Shown here piece after piece: positions 35,426 through 44,462 of a stretch of 54,425 bases of DNA. The stretch covers positions 1-54,425 of the forward strand of contig JBDTVQ010000001.1 of the NCBI GenBank assembly GCA_040007195.1. The letters are read 5' to 3'. The translations under genes and the position numbers were made by a program. The notes beneath the pieces were generated by a model. The model saw nothing but the letters and a program-made list of their open reading frames with translations, was not told the DNA's origin and searched no databases. The DNA is from Acidobacteriota bacterium. Its GTDB lineage: Bacteria > Acidobacteriota > Terriglobia > Bryobacterales > Bryobacteraceae. Numbering within the stretch: position 1 is the stretch's first letter; the number at the start of each line of letters is the position of its first letter.

Positions 35426-37522
35426 ATGCAAAAGGTGAAGCGTTCCGCGTCGAGCGTGGCCGCGGCGATGTGGCTGATTGGCTTGTGTTTTTTGGCTGCG
35501 GCCTCGCCGGCGGCAGGTGCAGAAAAGTTTGACATCGTCGTGTTCGGCGGGACTCCAGGCGGCATTTCGACGGCGATTACCGCGGCGCGTCTTGGAAACA
35601 CGGTGGCGCTATTGGAGTATCACAATCATCTCGGCGGCATGGCGGCAAGCGGCCTGGGAAAGACCGATATTGAGACGCCGGAGGCGATTGGAGGACTGTT
35701 CAAGGAGTTCATCGCACGGGTCTACAAATACTACGTCGGTAAGTATGGAGCCGATTCGGAAAACGTCAGGCTCTGCCGCGGCGGCTATTACTATGAACCT
35801 TCGGTGGCGGAGAAGATCTTCGACGAAATGGTCGCGGCCGAGTCGCGCATTCGCGTGTTTCGCAACCACCGGCTGGATCGCGTGTCGCGTTCCGGGACGC
35901 GCGTGGTGAGCCTGACGGCGACAGACCGGAAGACGGAATCGCCGACCGAATTCGAGGGCAAGATGTTCGTCGATGCGACGTACGAAGGCGATCTGGCGGC
36001 CTTTGCGGGCGCCCGGTACAGGCTGGGGCGGGAGAGCCGCTCCGAGTTCAACGAACTGCATGCCGGAGTGGTGTATCAGGATCCCAAGACTCGCACGTTC
36101 CTGGCCGGAACTACGGGCGAAGGCGATCGCAGGCTGCAAGCCTACACGTTCCGCCTGTGCCTGACCACCGATCCGGCGAATAGCCGAAAGATGACGTCGG
36201 CGCCGCCGGATTACGACCGCAGCCGGTATGCGGGTTATATCGACGACTGGAAGGCGGGCCGGCTGGGCAACGCGCAACCTGCGATGGAAGGCGTAACGAA
36301 TGCCGTTCGCACCGGTGGGGGAACCACGCTGCGGGCCTTTACCATTGCGCCGCTGCCCAACCACAAAACGGACTGCAATATGTTTCCGCGCGTGCTGGCG
36401 TATCCGTTTGTCGAGCTCAACTACGACTATCCCGAAGCGGGCGAAAAGCGCCGGACTGAGATCACCACGCGCATTCGCAATGTGACTAAGGGCCTGCTGT
36501 ACTTTCTCCAGAACGACAGTGAGGTTCCCCAAGAGCATCGCAAACTCGCCAACCAATTCCACTTCCCCAAGGACGAGTTCGCCGACAACGACTACTTTCC
36601 CTGGCAGTTGTACGTGCGTGAAGCGCGGCGCATTGTGGGGATGTACACATTGACTGAAAACGACATGATCCTTGCCCCAGGATTGGACCGGACCCGCATT
36701 CAGGCCGACAGCATTACGGCGGGCGAGTTTCCCATCGACAGCATGCCGGTGCGCGGACCGGAGAAGGGACAGGACGTGATTCTGGAAGGCTACCTGCTGA
36801 TGTTGAACAACATCACGCGGCCTTACCAGATCCCGTACCGGATCATCGTTCCCGAGGCGGTGGACAGCCTGCTCGTACCGGTGGCGGCGTCGACAACACA
36901 CGTGGCATTTTCGAGCGTCCGGCTGGAGCCTACGTGGATGGCGCTCGGGCAGGCGGCTGCCGTGGCGGCGCATCTGGCAATCGAAACAAACCGCCAGCCA
37001 AGACAGTTGACCGCTCACGAACTGCAGCGGATTCTCTTGCGGCAGAAGCAGGTGTTGACTTACTTCACCGATCTTGACTTGAAGGATCCGGCGTTTGAGG
37101 CGATGCAGTTTTTGGGCGCGCGCGGTTTCTTTACCAGTTATGAATCGCGCCCGAAAGAGACGCTGTCGCAGGCCGCCGCAGCGCGCTGGATGGGTCTGGC
37201 GTTGAAGGCCGGCGGAATGGACATTCAGGTGAACGCAGGCAGCTCGCCTTCGAGCATGGATCTTAAGACGCTGGCTATGCTCGGCATCGCGGATCGTGCC
37301 GCGGATGGCCGGACGCTTCAGGCCGATGCCCCGCTCTCTCGCGCGGATTTCAAGAAGTGGCTGGCGGCGACAGGCGTCGTGCTGGGCGCGTGGCAGCGCT
37401 CGGGCGACGTTAGCGGCACGGAAGCGCTTTGGAAAGCCGAGGGTTTGGCTGCCAACGGTGAATTGAGCCGTGGTGAGTTCTGCAGGGCTATCTACAGGCT
37501 GTTGGAGAAAACCGGACACTAG
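35426..37522 (+). CDS. FAD-dependent oxidoreductase (FAD_oxidored type), hydrophobic leader, paralogue F1
   Basis: The leader AAMWLIGLCFLAAASPAAGA is followed directly by FDIVVFGGTPGGISTAITAARLGNTVALLEYHNHLGGMAASGLGKTDIE. The alternative start is TTG 35420. Confidence 0.85.
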   Translation: MQKVKRSASSVAAAMWLIGLCFLAAASPAAGAEKFDIVVFGGTPGGISTAITAARLGNTVALLEYHNHLGGMAASGLGKTDIETPEAIGGLFKEFIARVYKYYVGKYGADSENVRLCRGGYYYEPSVAEKIFDEMVAAESRIRVFRNHRLDRVSRSGTRVVSLTATDRKTESPTEFEGKMFVDATYEGDLAAFAGARYRLGRESRSEFNELHAGVVYQDPKTRTFLAGTTGEGDRRLQAYTFRLCLTTDPANSRKMTSAPPDYDRSRYAGYIDDWKAGRLGNAQPAMEGVTNAVRTGGGTTLRAFTIAPLPNHKTDCNMFPRVLAYPFVELNYDYPEAGEKRRTEITTRIRNVTKGLLYFLQNDSEVPQEHRKLANQFHFPKDEFADNDYFPWQLYVREARRIVGMYTLTENDMILAPGLDRTRIQADSITAGEFPIDSMPVRGPEKGQDVILEGYLLMLNNITRPYQIPYRIIVPEAVDSLLVPVAASTTHVAFSSVRLEPTWMALGQAAAVAAHLAIETNRQPRQLTAHELQRILLRQKQVLTYFTDLDLKDPAFEAMQFLGARGFFTSYESRPKETLSQAAAARWMGLALKAGGMDIQVNAGSSPSSMDLKTLAMLGIADRAADGRTLQADAPLSRADFKKWLAATGVVLGAWQRSGDVSGTEALWKAEGLAANGELSRGEFCRAIYRLLEKTGH

Positions 37523-37526
37523 CACT

Positions 37527-40500
37527 ATGCCGAGGGACGCGTCCAAGTTGCTGCTGTTATCGGGCGTATTCGCGCTGGCCGCCAGTGGCGCCACGGTGGA
37601 CTTTACCGGCGAGGTTCTGCCGATCTTTCAGGCTTCCTGCTTTGCGTGCCACTCTGGGCCACACGCTCAGGCCGGGCTGCGGCTGGATACGCCGGGGAGC
37701 CGGCCGTCGATCCTCCCGGGTAATAGCACGGGCAGCGTATTGATACATCGCATTCTGGGTCAACGCGGCGCGCAGCGGATGCCACCTGCCGGCGATCCGC
37801 TTACGCCGGAGCAGGTGGCCGTCATCCGTGCATGGATCGACGAGGGCGCGATGCGTCCGGCGTTGGACATCGATTTTGTGGCCGACATAGAGCCGATACT
37901 CAAGACCTCGTGCTACGGGTGCCATGCGGGAGCGCAACCGAAAGCGCAACTGCGGTTGGACGTTCGGAGCGCGGCTTTCGCGGGCGGGCTTTCGGGACCG
38001 GTGATTATCCCCGGAGACAGCGGCCGAAGCCGGCTGATGCATCGCATTCAAGGTATAGCGGGCGAGCAGCGCATGCCGCTGAAAGGAACTCCGCTCAGCG
38101 ACAAGCAGATCGCGTTGCTGGGCAAGTGGATCGATCAGGGCGCCATCTGGCCCGATTCCGCCGCGGGTGCCAGCGTTGCGGTTGAGAGGCATTGGGCTTA
38201 CATCAAGCCGGTGAGGCGCGCTCCTCCGGCTGTTCGGAATGGAGCATGGGTTCGAAACCCAATCGACGCGTTCGTCCTCGCTCGTCTGGACAAAGAAGGC
38301 CTGCCGCCCTCGCCCGAAGCGAGCAAAGCGGCGCTGATCCGGCGCGTCAGCCTGGACCTGACCGGACTGCCACCGACCATTCGCGAGGTTGATGAATTTG
38401 TCGCGGACCAGAGCGCGGACGCTTATGAAAAGTTGGTCGACCGTCTGCTTCGCTCCCCGCGTTACGGCGAGCGCTGGGCGCTCCCGTGGCTGGATCTTGC
38501 GCGGTACGCCGATAGCAACGGCTACGAGAAAGACCGGCGGCGCAGCATTTGGAAGTATCGCGACTGGGTAATAGACGCCCTCAATCGTGACATGCCGTTC
38601 GATCAGTTCACGATCGAGCAACTGGCCGGCGACCTGCTGCCGAACGCGACGGCATCCCAGAGGATCGCTACCGGCTTTAACCGGAACACGCTGTTCAACG
38701 ATGAGAACGGCGTCGACCAGGAGGAAGCGCATTTTGAAACTCTTGTGGACCGGGTGAACACCACGGCGACCGTGTGGCTGGGCAGCACGATTGGCTGTTC
38801 CCAATGCCACAACCACAAGTTCGATCCTTTTACGCAGAAAGAGTACTACCAGCTCTTCGCCTTCTTCAATAACGCCGATTACGTCATGGAAGGCGATGCA
38901 GCAAACGGGCGCGCGCGCCTGATCGAACCGAAGCTGGAACTGGCAACAGCGGAACAGCAGGCTGAGCGAGACCGCCTGAATGCCGCCATTACCGGCCTGG
39001 ACAAACGAACAGAAGCCCGGCGTGCGGAAATCGATGCTGCCCAGGCGAAGTGGGAGCAGGAGATTGCTGCGTCGCGTTCCAGATGGACTGTTCTTGAACC
39101 CGTGGCGCGGCGCTCGACGGCAGGCACGACGCTTACACGGAACGCAGACCTGTCGATCGTCGCAAGCGGCGCAAACCCCGCGCGCGACACCTACACGATT
39201 GAGGCGAAGCAGTTGCGGCGGAGCGGAGCGATCACGGGACTGCGCCTGATGGCGCTGCCCGACCCGACGCTCCCTCGTGGCGGGCCGGGACGCGATGTTT
39301 ATGGAAATTTCTGGCTCACGGAATTGACGGTGGAAGTGATTCCGGCCGGTGAGCACGGCCAGGCGAAACCGGTGGCTATCCGCAAGGCCGTGGCCGATGA
39401 CGGAACGCTTGAGTTGGGCGCGGGCGCGAACCAGGGTTGGCTTGTAGACGCGACCAGAGAGACGGAACGGCAGTGGCGCCATGCGGTGTATGTTTTCGAC
39501 AAACCAATCGATGCCTCTGATGGCGTCGTGCTGCGGGTGCGGCTGCGGCATGAATCGGAGATCAGTGGCAAGGCCCTGGGGCGCTTCAGTCTAGCTGTTA
39601 CGACGGCGGAAGATCCCACGCCTACCGCCACGGTGCCGCTGCGGCTGCGAGCCGCTTTGGATACGCCCCGCGCCGAGCGCACGGAGGCACAGAAGAGTCA
39701 GCTGGCCACATACTACGAGTCGGTGACGCCGCTGCTCGGGGCTGAGCGGGAGCAGCGGACTCGAATTGCCAAAGAGCTGGAGCGCTTGGAAATTCCGACG
39801 ACCCTGGTGATGCGGGATCTACCGGACGGGCAAGAACGTCCGGCTCACGTTCACATCCGCGGAGGGTTTCGAAATCTGGGCGAGCTGGTCAAGCCGGGAG
39901 TACCTGCCGTGCTCCACCCGCTTGACGGCAATCAGCCGGAGAACCGGCTAAGCCTGGCGCGATGGCTGGTGAGCAAAGAGAATCCGCTGGTGGCGCGAGT
40001 GACGGTGAACCGGATTTGGGAACAATACTTCGGACAGGGGCTAGTGGAAACGAGCGAGGATTTCGGCACGCAGGGTGAACGCCCGTCGCATCCGGAACTC
40101 CTGGATTGGCTGGCCACTGAATTCATGAGCCACGACTGGAGCATGAAAGAGATCCACCGATTGATCGTGACCTCGGCGATGTACCGGCAAAGTTCAGTGG
40201 CGAAAGCGTCTCTTCTCGAGCGTGATCCGAAGAACCGCCTGCTTGCGCGCGGGCCCCGTTTCCGGATGGGTGCGGAGATGATCCGCGATACGGCGCTTGC
40301 GGCGAGTGGACTGCTGAGCGCGAAAATCGGCGGGCCAAGCGTCTTTCCTCCGCAACCGGAAGGAACCTGGCACGGGGATATCTGGAACACGAGCGAGGGC
40401 GAGGACCGCCACCGGCGCGGGCTGTACACCTTCGCCAAGCGCACTTCCCCTTATCCCGCTTTTATCGCCCTCGACGCGCCGAGCCGTGAGTTCTGCATCG

Positions 40501-40853
40501 TCCGCCGCGCGCGCACGAACACGCCGCTGCAGGCTCTGACCACGCTGAACGATCCGGTATTCTTCGAAGCTGCACAAGCGCTCGCTCTGCGGATGTTGTC
40601 GGAAGGCGGGCGCGACGCCGCTGCCCGCGCGACATGGGGGTTTCGATTAAGTGTTTCCAGGCACCCCAGGCCCGAGGAACTGGAGCGAATTCTCGACTTG
40701 TATCGCAAGCAACTGGCGCGATTCGACCGCGATCCGGGAGCGGCACGAAAAGTGGCTCCTGGCGGCGCCCAGACCGGGCAGGCCGAAAGTGCCGCGTGGA
40801 CGATGGTGGCGAACGTCCTTCTGAATTTGGACGAGGCCATCACGAAGGAGTAA
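37527..40853 (+). CDS. PSCyt1 x2 + PSCyt2 (DUF1549) + PSD1 (DUF1553) protein (planctomycete cytochrome-c-like family)
   Basis: A signal peptide is followed by two CxxCH motifs, each in a repeat (CFACHSG...RMPP...AWIDEGA; CYGCHAG...RMPL...KWIDQGA). Then come [65 protein letters not shown] and [12 protein letters not shown] long C-terminal DUF1553-like region follows. Confidence 0.85.
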   Translation: MPRDASKLLLLSGVFALAASGATVDFTGEVLPIFQASCFACHSGPHAQAGLRLDTPGSRPSILPGNSTGSVLIHRILGQRGAQRMPPAGDPLTPEQVAVIRAWIDEGAMRPALDIDFVADIEPILKTSCYGCHAGAQPKAQLRLDVRSAAFAGGLSGPVIIPGDSGRSRLMHRIQGIAGEQRMPLKGTPLSDKQIALLGKWIDQGAIWPDSAAGASVAVERHWAYIKPVRRAPPAVRNGAWVRNPIDAFVLARLDKEGLPPSPEASKAALIRRVSLDLTGLPPTIREVDEFVADQSADAYEKLVDRLLRSPRYGERWALPWLDLARYADSNGYEKDRRRSIWKYRDWVIDALNRDMPFDQFTIEQLAGDLLPNATASQRIATGFNRNTLFNDENGVDQEEAHFETLVDRVNTTATVWLGSTIGCSQCHNHKFDPFTQKEYYQLFAFFNNADYVMEGDAANGRARLIEPKLELATAEQQAERDRLNAAITGLDKRTEARRAEIDAAQAKWEQEIAASRSRWTVLEPVARRSTAGTTLTRNADLSIVASGANPARDTYTIEAKQLRRSGAITGLRLMALPDPTLPRGGPGRDVYGNFWLTELTVEVIPAGEHGQAKPVAIRKAVADDGTLELGAGANQGWLVDATRETERQWRHAVYVFDKPIDASDGVVLRVRLRHESEISGKALGRFSLAVTTAEDPTPTATVPLRLRAALDTPRAERTEAQKSQLATYYESVTPLLGAEREQRTRIAKELERLEIPTTLVMRDLPDGQERPAHVHIRGGFRNLGELVKPGVPAVLHPLDGNQPENRLSLARWLVSKENPLVARVTVNRIWEQYFGQGLVETSEDFGTQGERPSHPELLDWLATEFMSHDWSMKEIHRLIVTSAMYRQSSVAKASLLERDPKNRLLARGPRFRMGAEMIRDTALAASGLLSAKIGGPSVFPPQPEGTWHGDIWNTSEGEDRHRRGLYTFAKRTSPYPAFIALDAPSREFCIVRRARTNTPLQALTTLNDPVFFEAAQALALRMLSEGGRDAAARATWGFRLSVSRHPRPEELERILDLYRKQLARFDRDPGAARKVAPGGAQTGQAESAAWTMVANVLLNLDEAITKE

Positions 40854-42299
40854 ATGAGAATGACGCACCCGCTCCTGGCTCAGCATCGCGTTCGGGAAGA
40901 GATCCGGAAAGCCGTTACGCGCCGGCATTTTTTCTCCAGTACAGGTTTCGGCATTGGCGGCGCTGCGCTCACATCACTGCTCAACGCGGAGACCAGTACG
41001 GGATCGCTGCGTGCTCCGCATTTCGCACCACGGGCTAAAAGCGTCATTTTCCTATTCATGGCGGGTGGGCCGTCACAGGTCGATATGTTCGACCACAAAC
41101 CAAAACTCGCGGAAATGGATGGCCAGCCGGTTCCGCTAGGACTGATCAAGGGCGAGCGGTTTGCGTTCATCAAGGGTGTCCCCAAACTTCTGGGCTCGCC
41201 GCATCAGTTCAAACGATATGGGCAGTCCGGCGCGGAGATTTCCAATCTGCTGCCGCACCTGGCAACGGTGGCGGACGATATTGCCATCGTCCGTTCGATG
41301 AACACCACGCAGATCAACCACGCCCCGGGGCAGATTTTCATGAACACGGGCCATCAGATTGCGGGCAGGCCTAGCCTGGGCGCGTGGACCACTTACGGCC
41401 TGGGGAGCCCGAATGCCGATTTGCCCGGGTTCATGGTGTTGCTCTCCGGACAGGGGCAGCCCGACGGCGGCAAGTCATGTTGGGGATCGGGTTTTCTTCC
41501 CACCGGATTTCAGGGGGTGGAGCTTCAGCCCAAGAACGATCCGGTACCCTTCTTGACTGATCCGGCCGGCGTCAGCCGCGATGCCCGGCGCGAGGCGCTC
41601 GATTCGCTGCAAGGGCTGAACGAGATGCACCACGAGCAGACGGGCGATCCGGAAATCGCCACACGCATCGCCGCATTTGAGATGGCGTACCGGATGCAGT
41701 CCAGCGTTCCTGAACTGCTGGCGAGCACAAAGGAACCCGACGCCGTTCACAAGATGTACGGAACAACGCCGGGCCCGTCGTTCGCAAACAATTGCCTGTT
41801 GGCGCGGCGCATGGTGGAGCGCGGCGTGCGGTTCGTCCAGCTCTATCACAAGGGATGGGACACGCATGGAACCAAGATCGACGAGGACATCGTCAACAAG
41901 CTGTCGCTGCTGTGCCGCGAGACCGACCGGGCGGCGGCGGCTCTCGTCGCAGACCTTAAGATGCGCGGACTGCTCGATTCCACTTTGGTTGTTTGGGGCG
42001 GCGAATTTGGAAGGACTCCGATGAATGAGGGACGGTCGAATTTCCTCGGACGCGATCACCACCCACGGGCCTTCACGATGTGGCTTGCGGGTGGGGGAAT
42101 CAAGCCGGGGACCACTCTTGGCGTAACCGATGAATTCGGATATGGTGTGGTGCAAGATCCTGTCAGCGTTCATGACCTGCATGCAACGATTCTTCATTGC
42201 CTGGGGATGGATCACACGCGGCTGACTTACAAGTTTCAAGGCAGGGATTTCCGGCTCACCGATGTGGAAGGCGAAGTAGTGAAAAAACTGTTGTCCTAG
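40854..42299 (+). CDS. DUF1501 domain-containing protein (sulfatase/alkaline-phosphatase-like fold), Tat signal
   Basis: The leader is [22 protein letters not shown]. Motifs are [36 protein letters not shown] and GRDHHP. The ATG abuts the stop of the preceding gene (TAA ATG at 40851-40856). Confidence 0.85.
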   Translation: MRMTHPLLAQHRVREEIRKAVTRRHFFSSTGFGIGGAALTSLLNAETSTGSLRAPHFAPRAKSVIFLFMAGGPSQVDMFDHKPKLAEMDGQPVPLGLIKGERFAFIKGVPKLLGSPHQFKRYGQSGAEISNLLPHLATVADDIAIVRSMNTTQINHAPGQIFMNTGHQIAGRPSLGAWTTYGLGSPNADLPGFMVLLSGQGQPDGGKSCWGSGFLPTGFQGVELQPKNDPVPFLTDPAGVSRDARREALDSLQGLNEMHHEQTGDPEIATRIAAFEMAYRMQSSVPELLASTKEPDAVHKMYGTTPGPSFANNCLLARRMVERGVRFVQLYHKGWDTHGTKIDEDIVNKLSLLCRETDRAAAALVADLKMRGLLDSTLVVWGGEFGRTPMNEGRSNFLGRDHHPRAFTMWLAGGGIKPGTTLGVTDEFGYGVVQDPVSVHDLHATILHCLGMDHTRLTYKFQGRDFRLTDVEGEVVKKLLS

Positions 42300-42341
42300 C
42301 GCAGTTGCCTTCGTGAGACAGCAAAAAGCGAATCGAGAAAC

Positions 42342-43646
42342 ATGACTCCTAGTGCCGGAATACAAACCAGTGAGCATCGGCCACCGCCGGCGGATTCACG
42401 CTACAAGTGGGCCGTGGTGGCCATGTTGTGGTTTGTCTGCTTCTTCAACTATGCGGACCGGCAAGCCATCTTTTCCGTGTTCCCCCTTCTGAAAGTGGAG
42501 TTGCAGTTGTCCGATGTGCAACTGGGCATCGTCGGTGCGGCGTTCATGTGGGTTTATGCCGCGGCGGCACCGATGGCCGGGCTCGCCGGTGACAGGTTCA
42601 AGCGGAAGACGCTCATCATTGGCGGGCTGGTGTTCTGGTCGCTGATCACGATTGCCACGGCGCTCTCCACGCGATACTGGCACCTGGTCGTTTTCCGCGC
42701 GCTGGAGGGACTGGGCGAGGCATTCTACTTCCCGGCGTCGATGGCTCTGGTGAGCGATTATCACGGCCCGGAGACGCGGTCGCGCGCGATGTCGATTCAT
42801 CAATCGAGCGTCTACGCGGGCACCATTGCCGGAGGGACGGCGGCGGGTTTTCTGGGCCAACATTACGGATGGCGTTCGAGCTTTCTCCTGTTTGGCGGAC
42901 TGGGTGTAATTCTCGGCGTGGCACTGTTGGCGCTGTTGCGGGAACCGGCGCGAGGACAGGCGGAAAGTGCGGGCGGTTTAGCGCCAGAGACGCAACCGCT
43001 CAGTGGATGGCAGTCCATCCGTTCACTCCTGGCCAATCCGATGGTTCGAGTGTTGACCGCAGTGTTCGTGGGCGCCAACTTCGTCGCCATGGTTTTCCTG
43101 ACTTGGATGCCTTCGTATTTCTACAACCATTTCGGATTGAGTCTGTCGATGGCCGGGCTGAACGGGACGGCCTATCTACAAATCGCCTCCGTGCTGGGAG
43201 TGATCGCCGGCGGCGTGCTGGCAGACCGCATGGCGCGACGCCAGAAGGGCGGCCGCATGATGACGCAAGCCATCGGCCTGATCGCAGGCGTGCCGTTTAT
43301 CTTCATTGCCGGATGGACGCTGGCCGTGCCGGTGCTGCTGATGGCGCTGGTCGGCTTCGGATTTTTCAAGGGCATGTACGACGCCAACATCTGGGCGTCT
43401 CTTCATGACGTAGTACCGCCGGAAAGACGCGCCGCAGCGGTGGGATTGATGAATTCGGTGGGATGGCTGGGCGGTGGAATCGCCCCCGTGGCCATCGCGG
43501 CGGCTTCCGAGCGCTATGGCATGAGCGCGTGCCTGAGCAGCACGTCGGCAATCTATCTGGTAACCGGGCTTTTCCTTGCGCTTGCGGTACGCAGGTATGC
43601 GCGAAGCCCGGGCATCCGGCAACCCATTGAGTCGAGGACGAACTAA
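42342..43646 (+). CDS. MFS transporter
   Basis: About 12 hydrophobic segments are present. The MFS loop motif is GLAGDRFKRKTLII, and the N-terminus reads NYADRQAIFSVFPLL. Confidence 0.85.
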   Translation: MTPSAGIQTSEHRPPPADSRYKWAVVAMLWFVCFFNYADRQAIFSVFPLLKVELQLSDVQLGIVGAAFMWVYAAAAPMAGLAGDRFKRKTLIIGGLVFWSLITIATALSTRYWHLVVFRALEGLGEAFYFPASMALVSDYHGPETRSRAMSIHQSSVYAGTIAGGTAAGFLGQHYGWRSSFLLFGGLGVILGVALLALLREPARGQAESAGGLAPETQPLSGWQSIRSLLANPMVRVLTAVFVGANFVAMVFLTWMPSYFYNHFGLSLSMAGLNGTAYLQIASVLGVIAGGVLADRMARRQKGGRMMTQAIGLIAGVPFIFIAGWTLAVPVLLMALVGFGFFKGMYDANIWASLHDVVPPERRAAAVGLMNSVGWLGGGIAPVAIAAASERYGMSACLSSTSAIYLVTGLFLALAVRRYARSPGIRQPIESRTN

Positions 43647-43652
43647 TAACTG

Positions 43653-44462
43653 ATGTCTATAAGTACAAATTCGCAGCAACGCATTTCGCATGCCCAGTTA
43701 CTGGAGCTACGACGATGGAACACGCCCACTGTCTATAACGGTTGGGAGCAGATCACCTCCCACGACAGCGGCAAGGATGGTTTCAACATTGAGGAGACCG
43801 TCGACTTCATGCCGCAGCAGGGACCCATGGTTGGCTTCGCCATCACGGTCACCTGCCAGCCGGGAAACCCGGAGCATCCGAAGAGCAACGCCGGCGCGTG
43901 GGCCGAGTACCGGCGCTATGTCGCCAGCATTCCGGGTCCAAAGATCGTCGTCGTGCAGGATCTCGACAAGCCCCATGTGTATGGTTCGTTTTGGGGAGAG
44001 GTGAACGCGAATGTGCACCGTGCGTTGGGGTGCGTGGGCACAATTGTCGACGGCGCGATCCGCGACCTGGACGAGATGAACTACGCGGGCTTCAAAGCGT
44101 TAGCACGGCGCCTGTGCGTGGGGCATGCGCACTCCTGGCCGATTGAGTGGGGCGTTCCCGTTGAGGTTTTTGGCCGCCGCGTCGAGCCGGGCCAGTTGAT
44201 TCACGCCGATAAGCATGGCTTCCTGGTGGTCCCAACCGAAGACGAGCCGAGGTTGCTCGAGGCGGCCCGTTTTATGGATAGCAACGAGTGCCAGACCTTT
44301 ATCCCCGCGGCCAGAGATCACGCGGGATTGACGGCGGAACAGGTGCTGGAGCGAATAGACAATGCCGGGCGCGCGTTCGGGGCTGCGGCGCTGGAGAAGT
44401 TCGGCCGCGGCGGCGAGTTCCAAGGAGAGACTGTTGAAACGAACAGCCACGCTGGCCATTAG
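43653..44462 (+). CDS. RraA family protein (RraA / 4-hydroxy-4-methyl-2-oxoglutarate aldolase-like)
   Basis: The translation has GSFWGEVNANVHRALGCVGTIVDGAIRDLDEM..GF..LARRLCVGHAH...VEPGQLIHADKHGFLVVP. The 3' end overlaps the next gene if that gene starts at 44434. Confidence 0.7.
   Translation: MSISTNSQQRISHAQLLELRRWNTPTVYNGWEQITSHDSGKDGFNIEETVDFMPQQGPMVGFAITVTCQPGNPEHPKSNAGAWAEYRRYVASIPGPKIVVVQDLDKPHVYGSFWGEVNANVHRALGCVGTIVDGAIRDLDEMNYAGFKALARRLCVGHAHSWPIEWGVPVEVFGRRVEPGQLIHADKHGFLVVPTEDEPRLLEAARFMDSNECQTFIPAARDHAGLTAEQVLERIDNAGRAFGAAALEKFGRGGEFQGETVETNSHAGH

Noticed and set aside
35609-37594. A very long antisense ORF (661 aa) opposite the FAD oxidoreductase gene. Similar long antisense ORFs occur at 37557-39551, 52169-53587, 13082-14263, 9532-10770, 19891-20976, 25552-26628, 45373-46410, 15961-16941 and 41475-42377.
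   Set aside because: Each lies opposite a gene with clear family motifs. Their translations are Arg/Ala/Gly/Pro-rich low-complexity strings with no motifs. Such stop-free antisense frames are expected in high-GC DNA.
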